A DNA stretch of 62,947 nt, counting the filler, from Licmophora abbreviata (lineage: Eukaryota), in the NCBI GenBank assembly GCA_900291995.1. It is 12 parts of 12 records of this genome, joined end to end, with 100 filler letters (N's around TTAATTAATTAA, not from the genome) between each part and the next. Parts side by side here need not be neighbours in the genome. Positions count along the whole stretch, not along the records: positions 35,213 to 42,139 come from OLMU01003749.1; positions 42,240 to 45,048 come from OLMU01003750.1; positions 45,149 to 46,379 come from OLMU01003753.1; positions 46,480 to 55,851 come from OLMU01003754.1; 8 more parts are not named here. One strand, written 5' to 3'. Below are positions 36,585 to 49,097 of the stretch, in pieces (the stretch's first letter is position 1; each line of letters starts with the position of its first letter). A program made the position numbers and the translations under genes. The notes under the pieces were generated by a model. It was given only the letters and a program-made list of their open reading frames with translations. It did not search any database and was not told the origin of the DNA.

Positions 36585-36592
36585 TGACGTCA
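36585..36592. promoter_or_regulatory. Palindromic TGACGTCA motif upstream of FRE copy 2
   Basis: Position conserved relative to the paralog's promoter. Confidence 0.45.
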
Positions 36593-36989
36593 TGGAAGAA
36601 CACGGAGAGGGCATCGCCATGCGGTCCACGCGGCTTCATGGCTGCTCTGATTCTTCGTTTCCTTCGCTAGGCTTTCAACTTTGGAGTTCCTGCTCTTAGA
36701 TCCTTATTAAGTACACTTTTGGAAGCGAGGGAGAGTCAAAAGATGGAGTCAAAACTCACGCACTTCGTGAAATAGGCTCGTTTCGCCAGTTTCTCTACAC
36801 GCACTCTATGATTGATTCCTGAGTCGAAGTAGTCAAGTAGTGGTTGAAGACAAGACAACACGAAATCTTTCGTTGAATTTTGAGACGGTCGAAAGTTGGC
36901 GCCAACATCACCAATCATCGAGTGGTCATCGTCGTTTCTCTCGACTCTTGAATCAGTAGAGTATCATTTTGCGGCAAAGCGGCTACACA

Positions 36990-38363
36990 ATGAGATTCTC
37001 GATACTATGCGTATCGCTTTTCTGCGTGGCGGTCTCGGTGTTGGCCTACGTGCCTCTGACGACGAGACCGCGTCGAGCTATGATGATTGGGACGACACCG
37101 ACTCGAGTCACTACTTCTAGCTCTACTACTAGTCAGCCCCTGCACGGCAGTAACATGATGGAGGAAGAGCATCGGCCTATCGGTATGGAAGAACAGTCAG
37201 CTTCCGCCATGACTTCTTCTTCCTCTCCCAACGCTCTTCAGATGCAGGCCCTGTCGTTCTTGTCGGCCGGTATTCTCGCGGTCCATGCGGTCGCTCCGCT
37301 CCCTGCCGTGGCGGCCCCAGCCGCCTCTAGTAGCGCTACTGTTACCGTTGCCATTAGTCCCGAACAAAAGGCCGCGACGGCTGCCAAGACTGTCCTTGAA
37401 AAGGCTACGTCCGACTACAGCACCGAGAAAGCGAAACTGGCCTCGGTCGAGTCACAAGCCAACAAGGCCGATGCAGCTGCGAGCAAGGCAGAGAAGAACT
37501 ATCTCGCGGCCAAGGAAAAGTTGGTAGCCAGCAATACCAAGTTGGTTCAGGCGCGTCAGGACGACAAACCGGCAGACGCTCTGGCGGCCAAGTACGGTAC
37601 GTGACCCAAACGAGAAATGGCGAATTGTTTCACTATGTAAATAGTGAAATCTTGGACTCACTTCCATGCTCTGCTGCTACCTTTTTGATCAACAGCCAAA
37701 GATAAGGAAATTGTCAAGTCTCTCGAGGCCGAACTCAAAGCAGCTAAACAGACCAAATCCCAGGCAGACCAGCTCCTCAGCACTACCCGGAAGGAGGCCA
37801 ATTCAGCCGAGCGAGCCTTGGAAGCATCCAAAAAGAGCCTAAATGCCGCGGGAAAGAACCTTGCGAATGCCAACAAGCGTGCCGCGGAAACGGCCAAGAA
37901 GGAAGCCAAGTCAAAGGCCGAAGCAGCGAAGCGTTCCAAAGAGCAACAAAAGAAGGCGGCAAAGCAGGCAAAGGCGCAAGCAGACAAGAAGGCCAAACAG
38001 GAAAAGGAGCGGAGTCAGAAGGAAGCCGAGCGAATCAAGGATGCCGCCAAGAAACAAAAGGAGCGTGACGCGAAGCGAGCAAAGGAACAGGCCAAGGCGC
38101 AAGCGGAGAAACAAAAGAATCTGCAGAAGCGGGATGCGAAAAATGCCAAACTGAAAGCCATTGCGGAGAAGCAGAAACAGGAAAAGGCCAAGGAAGTAGC
38201 CCAGAAAAAGGCAAAAAGAGTGAAGGAAGCTCAACAGAAAATCAAAGAACTGGAAAAGCAAAAGAGCAAAGTGATGTCTTCTAAGAAGCCGTCAGCGAGT
38301 CAACTGGCCACGCTGAACTCACAACTGAAAGCGGAGAGAAGCAAGGTGGAAGCGACAAAGTAG
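36990..38363 (+). CDS. Lys/Ala/Glu-rich coiled-coil protein, probably plastid or thylakoid targeted
   Basis: Signal peptide MRFSILCVSLFCVAVSVLA|YV, Ser/Thr-rich transit, second hydrophobic segment ending AVAA; GT-AG intron ~37597-37694; long AKK/EK helical tail. Confidence 0.7.
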
Positions 38364-38581
38364 AACAGTTTTTGTTTGTTTGTTGGCGAGCCGTTGGGTG
38401 TGGAGCGACGGGTGATCAGAGCATGAGCATCTTGATGCATGCTCGTGTTGACAGAACTGGATGTCCCGTCTGAACAGGATTTCGAACACTAAGTATGCAT
38501 AGAAAGAAACTGACAAGCTAGCTAAAACCGTCGACAATTAGAGTTTGCATGCAGTAGAAAGCATGATTCGGGCCACCTCGT

Positions 38582-39673
38582 TTATAGTTCGTTGCCGATT
38601 CGACTAGAACTATCTTCCTCACCGGACACAGGTCCCAGATACTCATGAATGTCCTCGCCAGCCGCTCGCAGTGCCTCCAACGCCAACGCCGCAGCCTGCG
38701 ACATGGGCGGAGTCCGCGGTTGGACCAAGTGTCGCGTCGCCTGAGGCTCGGTACTCATGACAGCCTCCAGCATGTCCTGACAGACAGTCTGCAACCGCGG
38801 TGTCCGTTCGATAGTCAACAATTCAGCCATGCGGGCAAAGGCATGGCGTCGATGTGAATAGGCTTCCCCCGCCGCCTTCCATAGGAACAGCTCGGATGGT
38901 TTCGACGCGGCGCCTTCGACTTGCTCCAGCCAGTCGGCCAGGGTCAGTTCGATAAAGTCCAGCCATTCCTCTCTGGATAGGTACAGTTTGAATCGTCCCA
39001 GCTCGGGTCGAGCCGTAAACTCGTATGCATCAGTCGTCGTGTTCACGTTGATGTTGTTGTGGTTGTCAAAATAGTCCATCACACTCTTATCCAGCGTAGT
39101 CCGATCAATCATACAAAAGACCCAACACAACTTTTCCGCTCGCTCTCCAATCAACTTCACTATATCCGGCCGTTGCTGTAACGGCAAGGAGAATCCTTGA
39201 AATCCTTCCGTACCATAGATACTATGAAACAAGCCTGCATTCGCAAGGTACTCGGGAGCCTGCCAAAATCGCAATACCGCCTGCACGCCCTTGAGATGGT
39301 CGTCAAAGGCCGAAGCGCCAGTATGATCCAGTACATTAGGAACATGTTCATGCACATAGTCCCACAGTTGCTCGTCTTGGAGTCTCCATTGAGTGCGAAG
39401 GGTATCGGGAGTGTCGTCGTTGGGGGCCTTGAATTTGGAAGAAACGTACGAGTCTTTGGCTGCCGCCGTGTTGCTCGCCGCCATTACGAGCGAGCATTTT
39501 CGAGAGACCATACACAAAGTAGACAATAGAAGTCCGAAAAACAAGCCTCCAGAGTGGGGGAAGCGGCGGAGCATCGTCCGCGTACTCAGCATCCTCATGG
39601 TCCAAGTCAAGAAAGAAATCGCAATCTTTGAGAACCGCGCTTTGCGCTTTGACCTTTGCCTCCGCCGCCCCAA
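38582..39673 (-). CDS. DUF6817-like (HD-like) protein
   Basis: HTG.SAFDDHLKGV..VL..W.......AGLFHSIYGTEGF...LIGERAEKLCWVFC; LADWLEQV. Start codon uncertain. Confidence 0.7.
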   Translation of the reverse strand: MGRRRQRSKRKARFSKIAISFLTWTMRMLSTRTMLRRFPHSGGLFFGLLLSTLCMVSRKCSLVMAASNTAAAKDSYVSSKFKAPNDDTPDTLRTQWRLQDEQLWDYVHEHVPNVLDHTGASAFDDHLKGVQAVLRFWQAPEYLANAGLFHSIYGTEGFQGFSLPLQQRPDIVKLIGERAEKLCWVFCMIDRTTLDKSVMDYFDNHNNINVNTTTDAYEFTARPELGRFKLYLSREEWLDFIELTLADWLEQVEGAASKPSELFLWKAAGEAYSHRRHAFARMAELLTIERTPRLQTVCQDMLEAVMSTEPQATRHLVQPRTPPMSQAAALALEALRAAGEDIHEYLGPVSGEEDSSSRIGNEL

Positions 39674-39861
39674 CGGTCGACGGCGGTACCGTCCCGCTTT
39701 ACTGGTCGACTACTTTGACTAAAGTACGTACTTTCAAACTTATCGCGCCGCTTCGTTTTCGTGTTTGGATCCAATGTGCACATGTCGCGAGTCGCGACCA
39801 TGACGAAAGGAAACCCGTCGCGGTGCTATCGTGCTCGCCATTGCACAGCTGCTGCTTCACG

Positions 39862-41214
39862 ATGAGGCGCCTACTGCTACGATGTTTCGTTTACCTCACC
39901 TCCACGACCCTACTGATATGTTCGTGCCGTGCCTTGTCCAGTCCGCAAGACACAACAAGGCGAACATCACGCTGCCATCATGCTCCGCATCGTTCCGCTA
40001 TTCCGCGACGAGACTGTCTGGAGAAAATCATGCGGTTGCCGCTTACACTAGTTCCTTTGCTTGGGTTCCAGTCGCCAAGTCGCTGTGATGATACGATGAT
40101 GACGATGAGCGACACCTCCACCACCATCCAGGAGCCCATGGAATGCCGCAACGGGGCCATCCTTTCAGGTCAGTGCAGCAGCTAGTAGGTCTACTAGCTA
40201 GTTTATTGTACCACTCTACCCGTGGTAGTTATGCAACAAGGCATTGCCAGAAATGTTTGTGCACTCTTGAAGTGCCCTGGGAGCGTATTTCCCCACTCCC
40301 GATCTCTCACGCGTCACTCTTTCGACTCTCCCGTCGTTGCGCCCTTTTCATACTCAACATCAACCACTGTACACTCTCATATAGAGAGTCAGATTCCGGG
40401 AGCCTACCAACAAGTTTGCATGACTTTGCCCACTCGAAATATTCCGCTCAAGGTGTGTGTATTATTGTAACTTGTATCTTGAAGTCTAGAATGTCTCACA
40501 TCTTGACACTTTCATTGACATCCACCACCGCAGTCCACAGGAGACGTCCTCCACATCCAACAGGGCAGTAGCGTCAGTGCCGGACGCACCGGAGTTGCCG
40601 TATGGAACTCGGCACTCTTGCTGACACGATTGCTGGACAGCGTGACACGAAACAATCCCGATTGGCTCCGCAGCAAGACTGTTCTTGAATTGGGATGTGG
40701 AACCGGCTTGGCCAGTATCGCCGCCTCCAAATGTGGAGCCCAAGCCGTGGTGGCTACCGATGGCAACACGGAAGTCTTGGAATTGGCGCACAAAAATGTG
40801 CGACTCAATGACAGTATGCTTGTACCATTGCAAGTCAAAGTCCGACAATTGCAGTGGGGATATCTATCGGCCATGGACTTCAGCGACTCTGCGGACATTG
40901 TCATTGGAAGTGACCTACTCTACAATTCAGGCATGTGGAAGGTACTGGCCGAAACTATGGTGACGATACTGAAACCGGGTGGGACGGTAGTCTACCTGTC
41001 ACTGGGCCATTCCGGCTTTAGTGTCAACGCTGAGTTAAATGGCTTTCTGGCAGTCGCCCAAGGCGAAGGACTCGAGGTGGATGTGACGAGCGCCTTGTAT
41101 ACTGTGGACGTGTTGACCGCGCTCGATGATTTTTATATCGGAGCAGGAACAAAGCGTCTTGAAGGACTCGGGGGGATTCAAGGTAGTCCTACTGCGCAAG
41201 CCGATCGCAACTAA
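39862..41214 (+). CDS. Class I SAM-dependent lysine methyltransferase (METTL21/Methyltransf_16-like), multi-exon, with targeting leader
   Basis: TGVAVWNSALLL, VLELGCGTGLASI, VVATDG, LQWG, VIGSDLLY; introns ~40169-40384 and ~40454-40533; 3' end possibly frameshifted. Confidence 0.85.
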
Positions 41215-41347
41215 ACTGTCGTGAGTATAGTACTACTGTATATTCGTCTGCGAACTTGCTTCGAAGCAAGACTACTTCTATCTGGTCAAGATCCACCACA
41301 CTTTAACCAAATCACACTTCCTCGCATTATAAAACTACTTCTTATTA

Positions 41348-41971
41348 CTACTTGTAGTACTTGACACGACGCTTTTGCGGTCGTCGCATTGCCATTCCAA
41401 TTTTTTCTCGTTTCCGTTCCCCCATGACTTGTCGAATGGCTCCCATGCTCTTTTGAACCTTGTATCGGCGTTCCGGCTGCGGAAACATTAGGCCATTGAC
41501 TCTGGATAGGTAGGATTCCGTCAAGAGCATGTTGCTCTCCTTGTACAAGATGTGCCTGCGAAATATTCAAAATTAGAACCATAATGTGAAAGAGAGATAA
41601 TAATACAAGTCAGAATGATGAGTTAAAGTGTAAAACTGCAGTAAGCGAGCGACGAGCTAGTATGCTACTACACGCGAGGATACAAGTACTCTAGAGAAAG
41701 ACAAATCGCAAGTGTGATAAAGCACTCACCACAACTTCCACAAGTCATCAAAGCTCTTGCGGCGCAATTCCTGAGCGGACCACGACCGTCCTACTGGTTC
41801 TGTCGATCGTTTCTCTCGAGAGACCGTGTCTCGAAATTCATCAGGGGCATGCGAGTGGGAAGTGTAGTGGAGTAACAGCGATGCTGGTGGAGTGACAAGG
41901 AATTCGCTGTTTTCGTTATCGTTGCGCTGGTTCTTGCCGACAAGAGACGTCGTCCCAAGAATGGAATCATT
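41348..41971 (-). CDS. MRPL47: Mitochondrial ribosomal protein uL29m (MRP-L47)
   Basis: Hand translation gives VGRSWSAQELRRKSFDDLWKLW, then after an intron (~41556-41729) HILYKESNMLLT...KVQKSMGAIRQVMGER; 1-nt indel near 41843. Confidence 0.88.
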
Positions 41972-42239
41972 GTACTGTTAGAATTCAGGGTGCGGCGCAA
42001 CCGGGAGAGACGAAGGACAGCGAAACAAGCATCGCACCAACGACCGCCATTGTGAGGTCGACACGAGAGGCGGTCTCCTTCGGAAGGTTCGACTACATCG
42101 ACTAAGCTCAGTCGAGTCGAGTCAGTCGATCCATTCGAGNNNNNNNNNNNNNNNNNNNNNNNNNNNNNNNNNNNNNNNNNNNNTTAATTAATTAANNNNN
42201 NNNNNNNNNNNNNNNNNNNNNNNNNNNNNNNNNNNNNNN

Positions 42240-44769
42240 CAGTAGCAGCAGCAGTAGAAGAGTACAACAACAACAACAACGACAACGACAACAACAACAA
42301 GCAATAGAAGACGACGAAGAGGTCTACGCCGTCAATATCAGTTTCGAAGACATTTACAAAACCGTCCTCTTCCTGGCAGCCTCATGGGTCCTCGGAACAC
42401 TCTCGGAATACTTGGGCATGCCCAGTTTGGTGGGCGAAATGGCAACTGGCTTCTTACTAGGCCCCCCGCTGGCAGACTTTGTCCCCTTTCCCGACGCCAT
42501 GGTACTGATTGGGAACATTGGTTTGATTGGCTTGATTTTGGAAAGTGGGATTGATATTGATGTAGGTCAATTGAAGGAAACGGGAAAGCGAGCCGTCTGT
42601 ATGGCCTTTGCGGGCACGACGCTCCCACTCTTGGTCGGTTGGGGGCTGGGCGTTGCGGGGGGATACGACTTTCGTCCGGCCTTTGCCATTGGCGCATCCT
42701 TTGCGCCATCCTCTCTCGGTGTGGCGGGGAATGCGCTCAGCAGTGGAGAAGTATTGAATACTCCCATTGGACAAATGATTGTGGCGAGCAGTGTTGTGGA
42801 CGATGTGCTGGGCTTGATCTTGTTGAGTATTCTTGGAGTATTGGTCAGTGACGATCCGCAACCCTTTGACTTTGTACTGCCCTTCTTATCGAGCTTTGGC
42901 TACTTGATTGTACTGGGATACTCGGGCGTGACGTGGATGCCGCAGTTGATTGAGCATCGCATCATGCCACTCTTCCCTACCAACTATCGAGAAGTCGCAG
43001 CCTTTCTCTTGATGTTTGCGTTGCTCTTTGCCTACTTGCCACTGCTCAACTACTCCAAGGCATCCTACTTGACTGGAGCCTTTCTGGCGGGATTGACATT
43101 TTCTCAAATCAATTCTGTTCATGCGACCTTTGTCAATAGGGGAAGGGCAATATTGAACTGGCTGCTCCGGATCTTCTTTGCAGCGACGATTGGATTCTAT
43201 GTGCCCGTTACCAAGTTTGGTGAGCCGTCTGTCTTGAAATGGGGGGTCATCTTTCGTAAGTTTTCTTGTGCTTGTAGTTCTATGATCGACTGAAAACACT
43301 TGTTTGTTGCATCTAAATATGCGTATTCTCACACTGGACCATTGTGGGGGCGTGCTTCCCCATTTTCATACTACAGTTGCAGCAGTGCTGGCCAAGGCCC
43401 CGCTTGGAGTGTTTGTGCCTCGCTTTCAAAAAACAATTCCGGAGGACTTTCCCTACGACCCCTATGTGCGCGACGCCTGCATCACATCCTTGGCTGTGAT
43501 TTGTCGTGGAGAGTTCAACTTTATCATTGCAGCCTTTGCGCTCGGCGAAGGACTCTTCGACGCCGAGCTCTACTCTTCGGTCGTCTTTGCGGTGCTATTG
43601 TCAAGCATCGTTTCTCCTCTAGTCCTTGTGAGGGCTATCGCGTACTACAATGAAAAGTCCAAATCATTTCTAGAAGGCGACCACGATGTCAAGAGAATTG
43701 GCAATACATGCGATGGATACCGTCCCTTGTACCTCGCCATTCAAGCTCGAACACGGATCCATTGGGGAATGCAAGAACGGTTCAAGAGGGCACTGGAGGA
43801 AGCTGGTCTGACGTTGATTGATCACAGATCATGGCACAGTCTCGGTGCCGACTCGGTGGACATTACAGAAATTTTTGCGCAAGATACAAAGGTTAGGATC
43901 AAAGTACCATCTTGTTTTGGTGATATTGAAGATGGAAGGGAGAGATCCGAAAGGCGACTGACGATGGGTAGGGTGAGCGAAGAGCAATTGGAAATCGAAT
44001 TGCGTTGTATCGCGATTCGGGAAGGTACGTTGGTTGTACTGCTTGCTCTGATTGCATATTACGCATTTCTGTCTTGGACTAGTGTCTGATTACTTGTTTG
44101 TTTCCTCTTTGCACGCCGACCCTCAACGCAGTTCTCGTGGTATGCCTCGGAACAGACAAGCCTGAAGAGTACAGTCTTCAGATCACACAGTGGAAGCCAT
44201 ACGAATCATTCGATGCGGAGCGCCCAGACCGACACCAAACGCGTTACTGTTTCTCGCCGGCAGAGACGATTGCTGGAGACTGCTGTGAGGCGCCGGATTT
44301 GACCGAGATGGTTCGCCCCGAGCGTAGTTGGTCGGAGCATGATCCCCAACTGTCACGAACAGATCTGTGGGATTCGGATTTCGTTGCACATCAAGTCGCT
44401 CGGGACGGCTACGTCATGACCCCTTGTTCCGGTGGTCATGATGTTATTCACACAGGAGATCATGGTGCCGGTGCGGTACAAAGCCGAGCAAGTGCTGGTC
44501 GCAGGAGCTCGACGTTAGATGCTAGTGTGCTCAGCGAAGACGACGACGTTGACAACGATCCAGTCGCTACCACCACCATCAAGGATCGCCTGTCTGGGTA
44601 TGTGAGACATCATCACGACGAGTTAGCACAGCATGACGAAGGAGCACTGCATGTCGTTCAGCAAAGGACACGGTCCAGCAGCTTCGCTCCGACGCCTGAT
44701 TCGTCCGGTCCCAGCAATTTGGCAGCCCTCCCCCAGCCGGTACATCGGCGTAACCAGACTCATGGATGA
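42240..44769 (+). CDS. CPA2-family cation/H+ antiporter with cytosolic tail, multi-exon (5' end in gap)
   Basis: MPSLVGEM..G.LLGP, ESGIDID, APSSLGV, SSVVDDVLGLILL, GAFLAGL, IFFAATIG, CRGEFNFIIA; introns ~43257-43377 and ~44025-44131. Confidence 0.88.
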
Positions 44770-44778
44770 GTCTTATGA

Positions 44779-44958
44779 TAGGATGGGACCTCCATGTATT
44801 ATATGTACATTGAAAAGTAGCTCCATAGAATGTATTATCCCTGTGGATTTGCCCATTTTCACCCACTCTTAATTCATGATGGCACATCGATCTTTGCTGT
44901 ACCTCTGTACCTTGTGATCCAAATAGTAAGACACGGCATTGAACAAACATTGGCGTTC
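44779..44958 (-). repeat. ~180-bp copy of the purU 3' end and downstream sequence (matches about 45329-45508)
   Basis: TAGGATGGGACCTCCATGTATT...GAACAAACATTGGCGTTC occurs twice with a few substitutions; the flanks differ. Confidence 0.85.
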
Positions 44959-45419
44959 CCTTCATGATTGCCGTTGCGTTCGAGCCGACAATTCGAAGTG
45001 CTCCACGCCACCAAAGATTGCGCATTGATGCTCCAGTTTTCCTTCCCTNNNNNNNNNNNNNNNNNNNNNNNNNNNNNNNNNNNNNNNNNNNNTTAATTAA
45101 TTAANNNNNNNNNNNNNNNNNNNNNNNNNNNNNNNNNNNNNNNNNNNNCTTGAATGTAATGTCTACAAATACTCAGACGTATCATGTATGATGAAAGCAA
45201 ACGGCTTTCATGACTTCCTATGCAAGTATCATACCAATAATTGAACCACAGCTAGTTCGGCTTGCGAGTACCGCGATGTATCGCGGAAGGACGGACCATG
45301 TGTCTCGACCATAGTGTCAAAGTGTCGCCTAGGATGGGACCTCCATGTATTATATGTACATTGAAAAGTAGCTCCATAGAATGTATTATCCCTATGGATT
45401 TGCCCATTCTCACCCTCTC

Positions 45420-46379
45420 TTAATTCATAATGGCACATCGATCTTTGCTGTACCTCTGTATCTTGTGATCCAAATAGTAAGACACGGCATTGAACAAACA
45501 TTGGCGTTCGAGCGCCCGGGTTCGCGATTTGAATGCTTGCAGTGTATCACGATGAGAGACGCGCTCAATCAATTGCTCAATAATGGGCCCTTCATCAAGA
45601 TCGTCCGTTACAAAGTGGGTCGTCGCTCCGATGATCTTGACACCACTATCGTAGGCCTGCTTGTAGGGATTGGCGCCTTTGAAGGAGGGCAAAAGACCAT
45701 GATGAATGTTGAGAATATCCCTTGGAGCGTAGGATTTGAGAAACGCAGGCGATAGTATCTGCATGTATCTTGCCAGCACAAGAAGATCGGTGTCTTGCAC
45801 AGCCTCCACGACTTGCTCTTCGCATCGATTGTGAGACGTTGCCGGAATGTACTGAAACGGAATTTCGTGTCGTTCCAGCAACTTGAGTAGGAACGAATCG
45901 GACGATAGATTGTGATTGCTCACACAGACGGAAATTTCACAATTCAGCTCGTGCGACTCATATCGGTGCAACAATTCCACCACGCAATGTGTGAGAGAAC
46001 TGCAGAGGATGCCCACTTTTGGTTTCACTTGCAACTGAGGCACGTGCACCTCACTCGCTAGCGCTTGGAAGTGTGTATGCAGCTCTTGAAAGTCAGACTG
46101 CAACTTGGATCGATCCCACGGATGCCTCGGATCATAGGTAAAGACACTTCGGGAATGAAAGACAGGGAGACCGTCGGTAGGTATCGGCATCGACAAAGAG
46201 ATCGCACGTTTGCATGTTGCCGCCGTTGGTCGAAATGAGATCGGAGATACTGGCCACGACACCGCGCTGATCGTTACAGCGAAACAAGTGAATGGCCTTG
46301 TACGGAGGAGCGCCAGTAGGAGTATCGATCCAGGGCCGTAAGGGGTGCATATCCTGCCGTCGCCCATGCTCTTCAGGGG
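45420..46379 (-). CDS. purU: Formyltetrahydrofolate deformylase with ACT domain (5' end at gap, indel near 46185)
   Basis: ACT HLFRCNDQRGVVASIS; HCVVELL, VSNH, LVLARYMQILS, NIHHGLLPSFKGANPYKQAYDSGVKIIGATTHFVTDDLDEGPIIEQ. Confidence 0.92.
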   Translation of the reverse strand, partial: PLKSMGDGRICTPYGPGSILLLALLRTRPFTCFAVTISAVSWPVSPISFRPTAATCKRAISLSMPIPTDGLPVFHSRSVFTYDPRHPWDRSKLQSDFQELHTHFQALASEVHVPQLQVKPKVGILCSSLTHCVVELLHRYESHELNCEISVCVSNHNLSSDSFLLKLLERHEIPFQYIPATSHNRCEEQVVEAVQDTDLLVLARYMQILSPAFLKSYAPRDILNIHHGLLPSFKGANPYKQAYDSGVKIIGATTHFVTDDLDEGPIIEQLIERVSHRDTLQAFKSRTRALERQCLFNAVSYYLDHKIQRYSKDRCAIMN

Positions 46380-46628
46380 NNNNNNNNNNNNNNNNNNNNN
46401 NNNNNNNNNNNNNNNNNNNNNNNTTAATTAATTAANNNNNNNNNNNNNNNNNNNNNNNNNNNNNNNNNNNNNNNNNNNNATCATGACAGATTTCTCCGAA
46501 ACCTCTTGGAAATTTCGAAACAACAGTCATCTCAATCTCAAATTTAGCCGAAAAGAAAGGCCTCATCAGGGACAGGAAACTGCTCTGCAGTTGTTTAGCA
46601 TACTCTCTTTCTCTGTGTCTCAGCCGTC

Positions 46629-48895
46629 ATGTCGTCCAAGAGTCTCGAGACGGACGAAATGGTCGGAGACGATGCGGTGATCCGTGTCGAGAGTGTCACG
46701 ACACAAAAGGGCAAGGTCCTCCTGCATGACATGCTTCTCGATTTCCCCGAAGGCGCGGTCGTCGCGATTCTAGGTCCCTCGGGAGCAGGAAAGACGACCC
46801 TCATGAACACTATTACGAACAATATTCAAAGCGGAGTCGAGACAGTAGCGGAAGGTACGCGGAGAAGAAGTATAGGTACACTGCTACTACTATTGTAACC
46901 AGAGAAGCTGAACTGACATGCTGACATGCGCGGTTCTCTTGCCACTGTTTCCAGTCAATCTCTCCGGACAAAAGGCCTTTGTGCCCCAGGATGATCGTCT
47001 TGCTGGATTCTACTCGTGCAAGAACTACCTTCGTCACTACATACGCCTCACAGGCAGTAAAGTCACACAGGACACGGAGCAAGAAATCGATGCCCTGTTG
47101 ACTCGCTTGGGTCTGCAGGATCAGAAAGATACCATTGTCGGAGATATCTTTCTCAAGGGACTCAGTGGAGGACAGAAGCGTCGTCTCTCAGTCGCATTGG
47201 AAGCTCTCACTCGTCCCAAGAACTTGTTTCTAGACGAACCCACGAGCGGACTGGATGCCGAGTCGGCCTTGCAGCTCATGATGTTTCTCAGGAGCTACGC
47301 GCGCGAGTCACCAGGACGTCACGTCATTCTTACCATCCATCAGCCCTCGTCACACATTTGGCAGCTCATTGATAACGTCGTGCTCTTGTCGAAAGGCAAG
47401 CTCATGTACCAGGGTCCTCGTGACCGCATGGAAGACTTCTTTGCCAGTGTCGGTCATCCAACGCCCTCCGAATACAATCCAGCCGATCATTATGTGACCA
47501 TTGTCAATGACGAATTCCAGAATCATGCCATGGAGGTCGATGCGTGGGTCGAAAAGTTCGCTGGTTACATGTCGAATCTGTCGCAGCAAGATCAAGAGAC
47601 GCGCTGCAGACGTCTCAGTCAAGCCACGTTGGACAAGCAAGTTTCCATTGACACTCGTCGCAGTCGTTCACCAATGGTCGTGGTGGAACTCACGCGTCGG
47701 TACTTTATCAATCTCTGGGCCAACCCTGGTATACTAGGAACGCGTGTCGCCATGTACAGCATGTTGGCACTGGGTGTAGGAGCGCTCTTTTGGGACTTGG
47801 GGGAACGCACGGACCTTGCGAGTATCCAGACTCGTGCTGCTGTCCTCTTCTATTGCGTCGCCTTTTTCATCTTTATGAGTGTTGCCGTGTTGCCATTTAC
47901 GGTCATGGAGCGAGCCATTGTCGATAAGGAAGTGAGAAACGGGTACTACTCCCCAATTTGGTATCAAGTTGCCCAAGGTATCGCGACCGTTCCGGGAGCC
48001 GCTTTGCTGGCTGGTCTGACGACGCTCATTATCATCACGATGACCAAGTTGAACGAGCCGGGGTGGTACTTCTTGACCATGTTTCTGTCGTTGTTGTGTG
48101 CCGAGGCATTGGCTCAAATGGTATCGCATGTGGTGCCACATTTCGTAATTGGCATGGCTCTAATTGCCGGTGTAAGTATCGAGCTTATGTTCGCTCCGCA
48201 GCTTCGTCATGGTTGATCTTCTCGCGTTCGCTCATACGCCGTTTGTTCTCACCGTTCTATAGATGTACGGATTCTTCATGATGCTTCAAGGGTTCATGCT
48301 TATTCCTTCAGAATTTCCCGACTGGTTGAAGTGGACCTATGTAAGTGTGTTTCGTCGTGACGAGATTTTTGTGTGTTCTGTGCGAGACCATCTCCTCCCC
48401 CTCTCACGCTTGAGCAACGTTCTATCACGCTCGCTTGATTCCAGTACGTCCCGTTCCACACGTACTCGTGGCGCACGTTCATGTACTCGGAGTTTATCAA
48501 CGAAGATGAATTTGACAGCGAGCAGACGCCGACTGGCCAGTCTGTCCTCGAGTATTTTGAAATCGAGGATACGAATCGCGGACAAGACGTGAGTGAAATG
48601 ATGTCTCTAGCGAACAGAAGTCTGATGCAACCGAAAACGTCTTTCTTACACTCCCTTCCTCTTTCTAAAGATGGTGGTACTGGTATGTTACGCTCTTATC
48701 ATTCATTTCCTGAGCTGCTTTGTCTTGTACGGCAAGTACAACTGGTTCCACGGCAAGATCATTGCGCCTACCTCGCCTCCTCCCAAGACGCAAACGGTGA
48801 ATGCTGTAGAGGAGAAAAAAGTGCTAGACGAGCAAACGGGCGTGGAAACCCCCAATGTACTTCGGCAAGAGTCAGACCTCTCTGTGTTGGCGTGA
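46629..48895 (+). CDS. ABCG (White-type) half transporter, multi-exon
   Basis: Walker A GPSGAGKT, signature LSGGQKRR, FLDEPTSGLD, TIHQP, NPAD, then ABC2 membrane domain; about 4 GT-AG introns. Confidence 0.93.
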
Positions 48896-49097
48896 ACGGA
48901 TCTGCCCCCCACCAAAAGCTTGCCCGTGTCACGGCAAGTCACAACGCGTCTTGCACGGTTTTCTGCTGTGGTGTCCGGCTACCGAAATGCTCTTCTCGTC
49001 TACAGTTGAGGGCGTAGTTATCCTTTCTTTCAATATCGTTACAGTTTTACAGTGCTAGATCATGACCGCAACTACGTACTTAGCATCCGCCATTCTC

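Noticed and set aside
840..46190. Frameshifts in PP4R3 (~848), RCC1 (~12250, ~13697), HSF1 (~22585), FRE1 (~32590), MRPL47 (~41843) and purU (~46185) as pseudogenes or programmed frameshifting
   Set aside because: They are 1-2 nt indels, mostly in homopolymer or microsatellite runs, in otherwise intact conserved genes, with no shared slippery motif. Sequencing error is the simplest explanation; read pile-ups would confirm.
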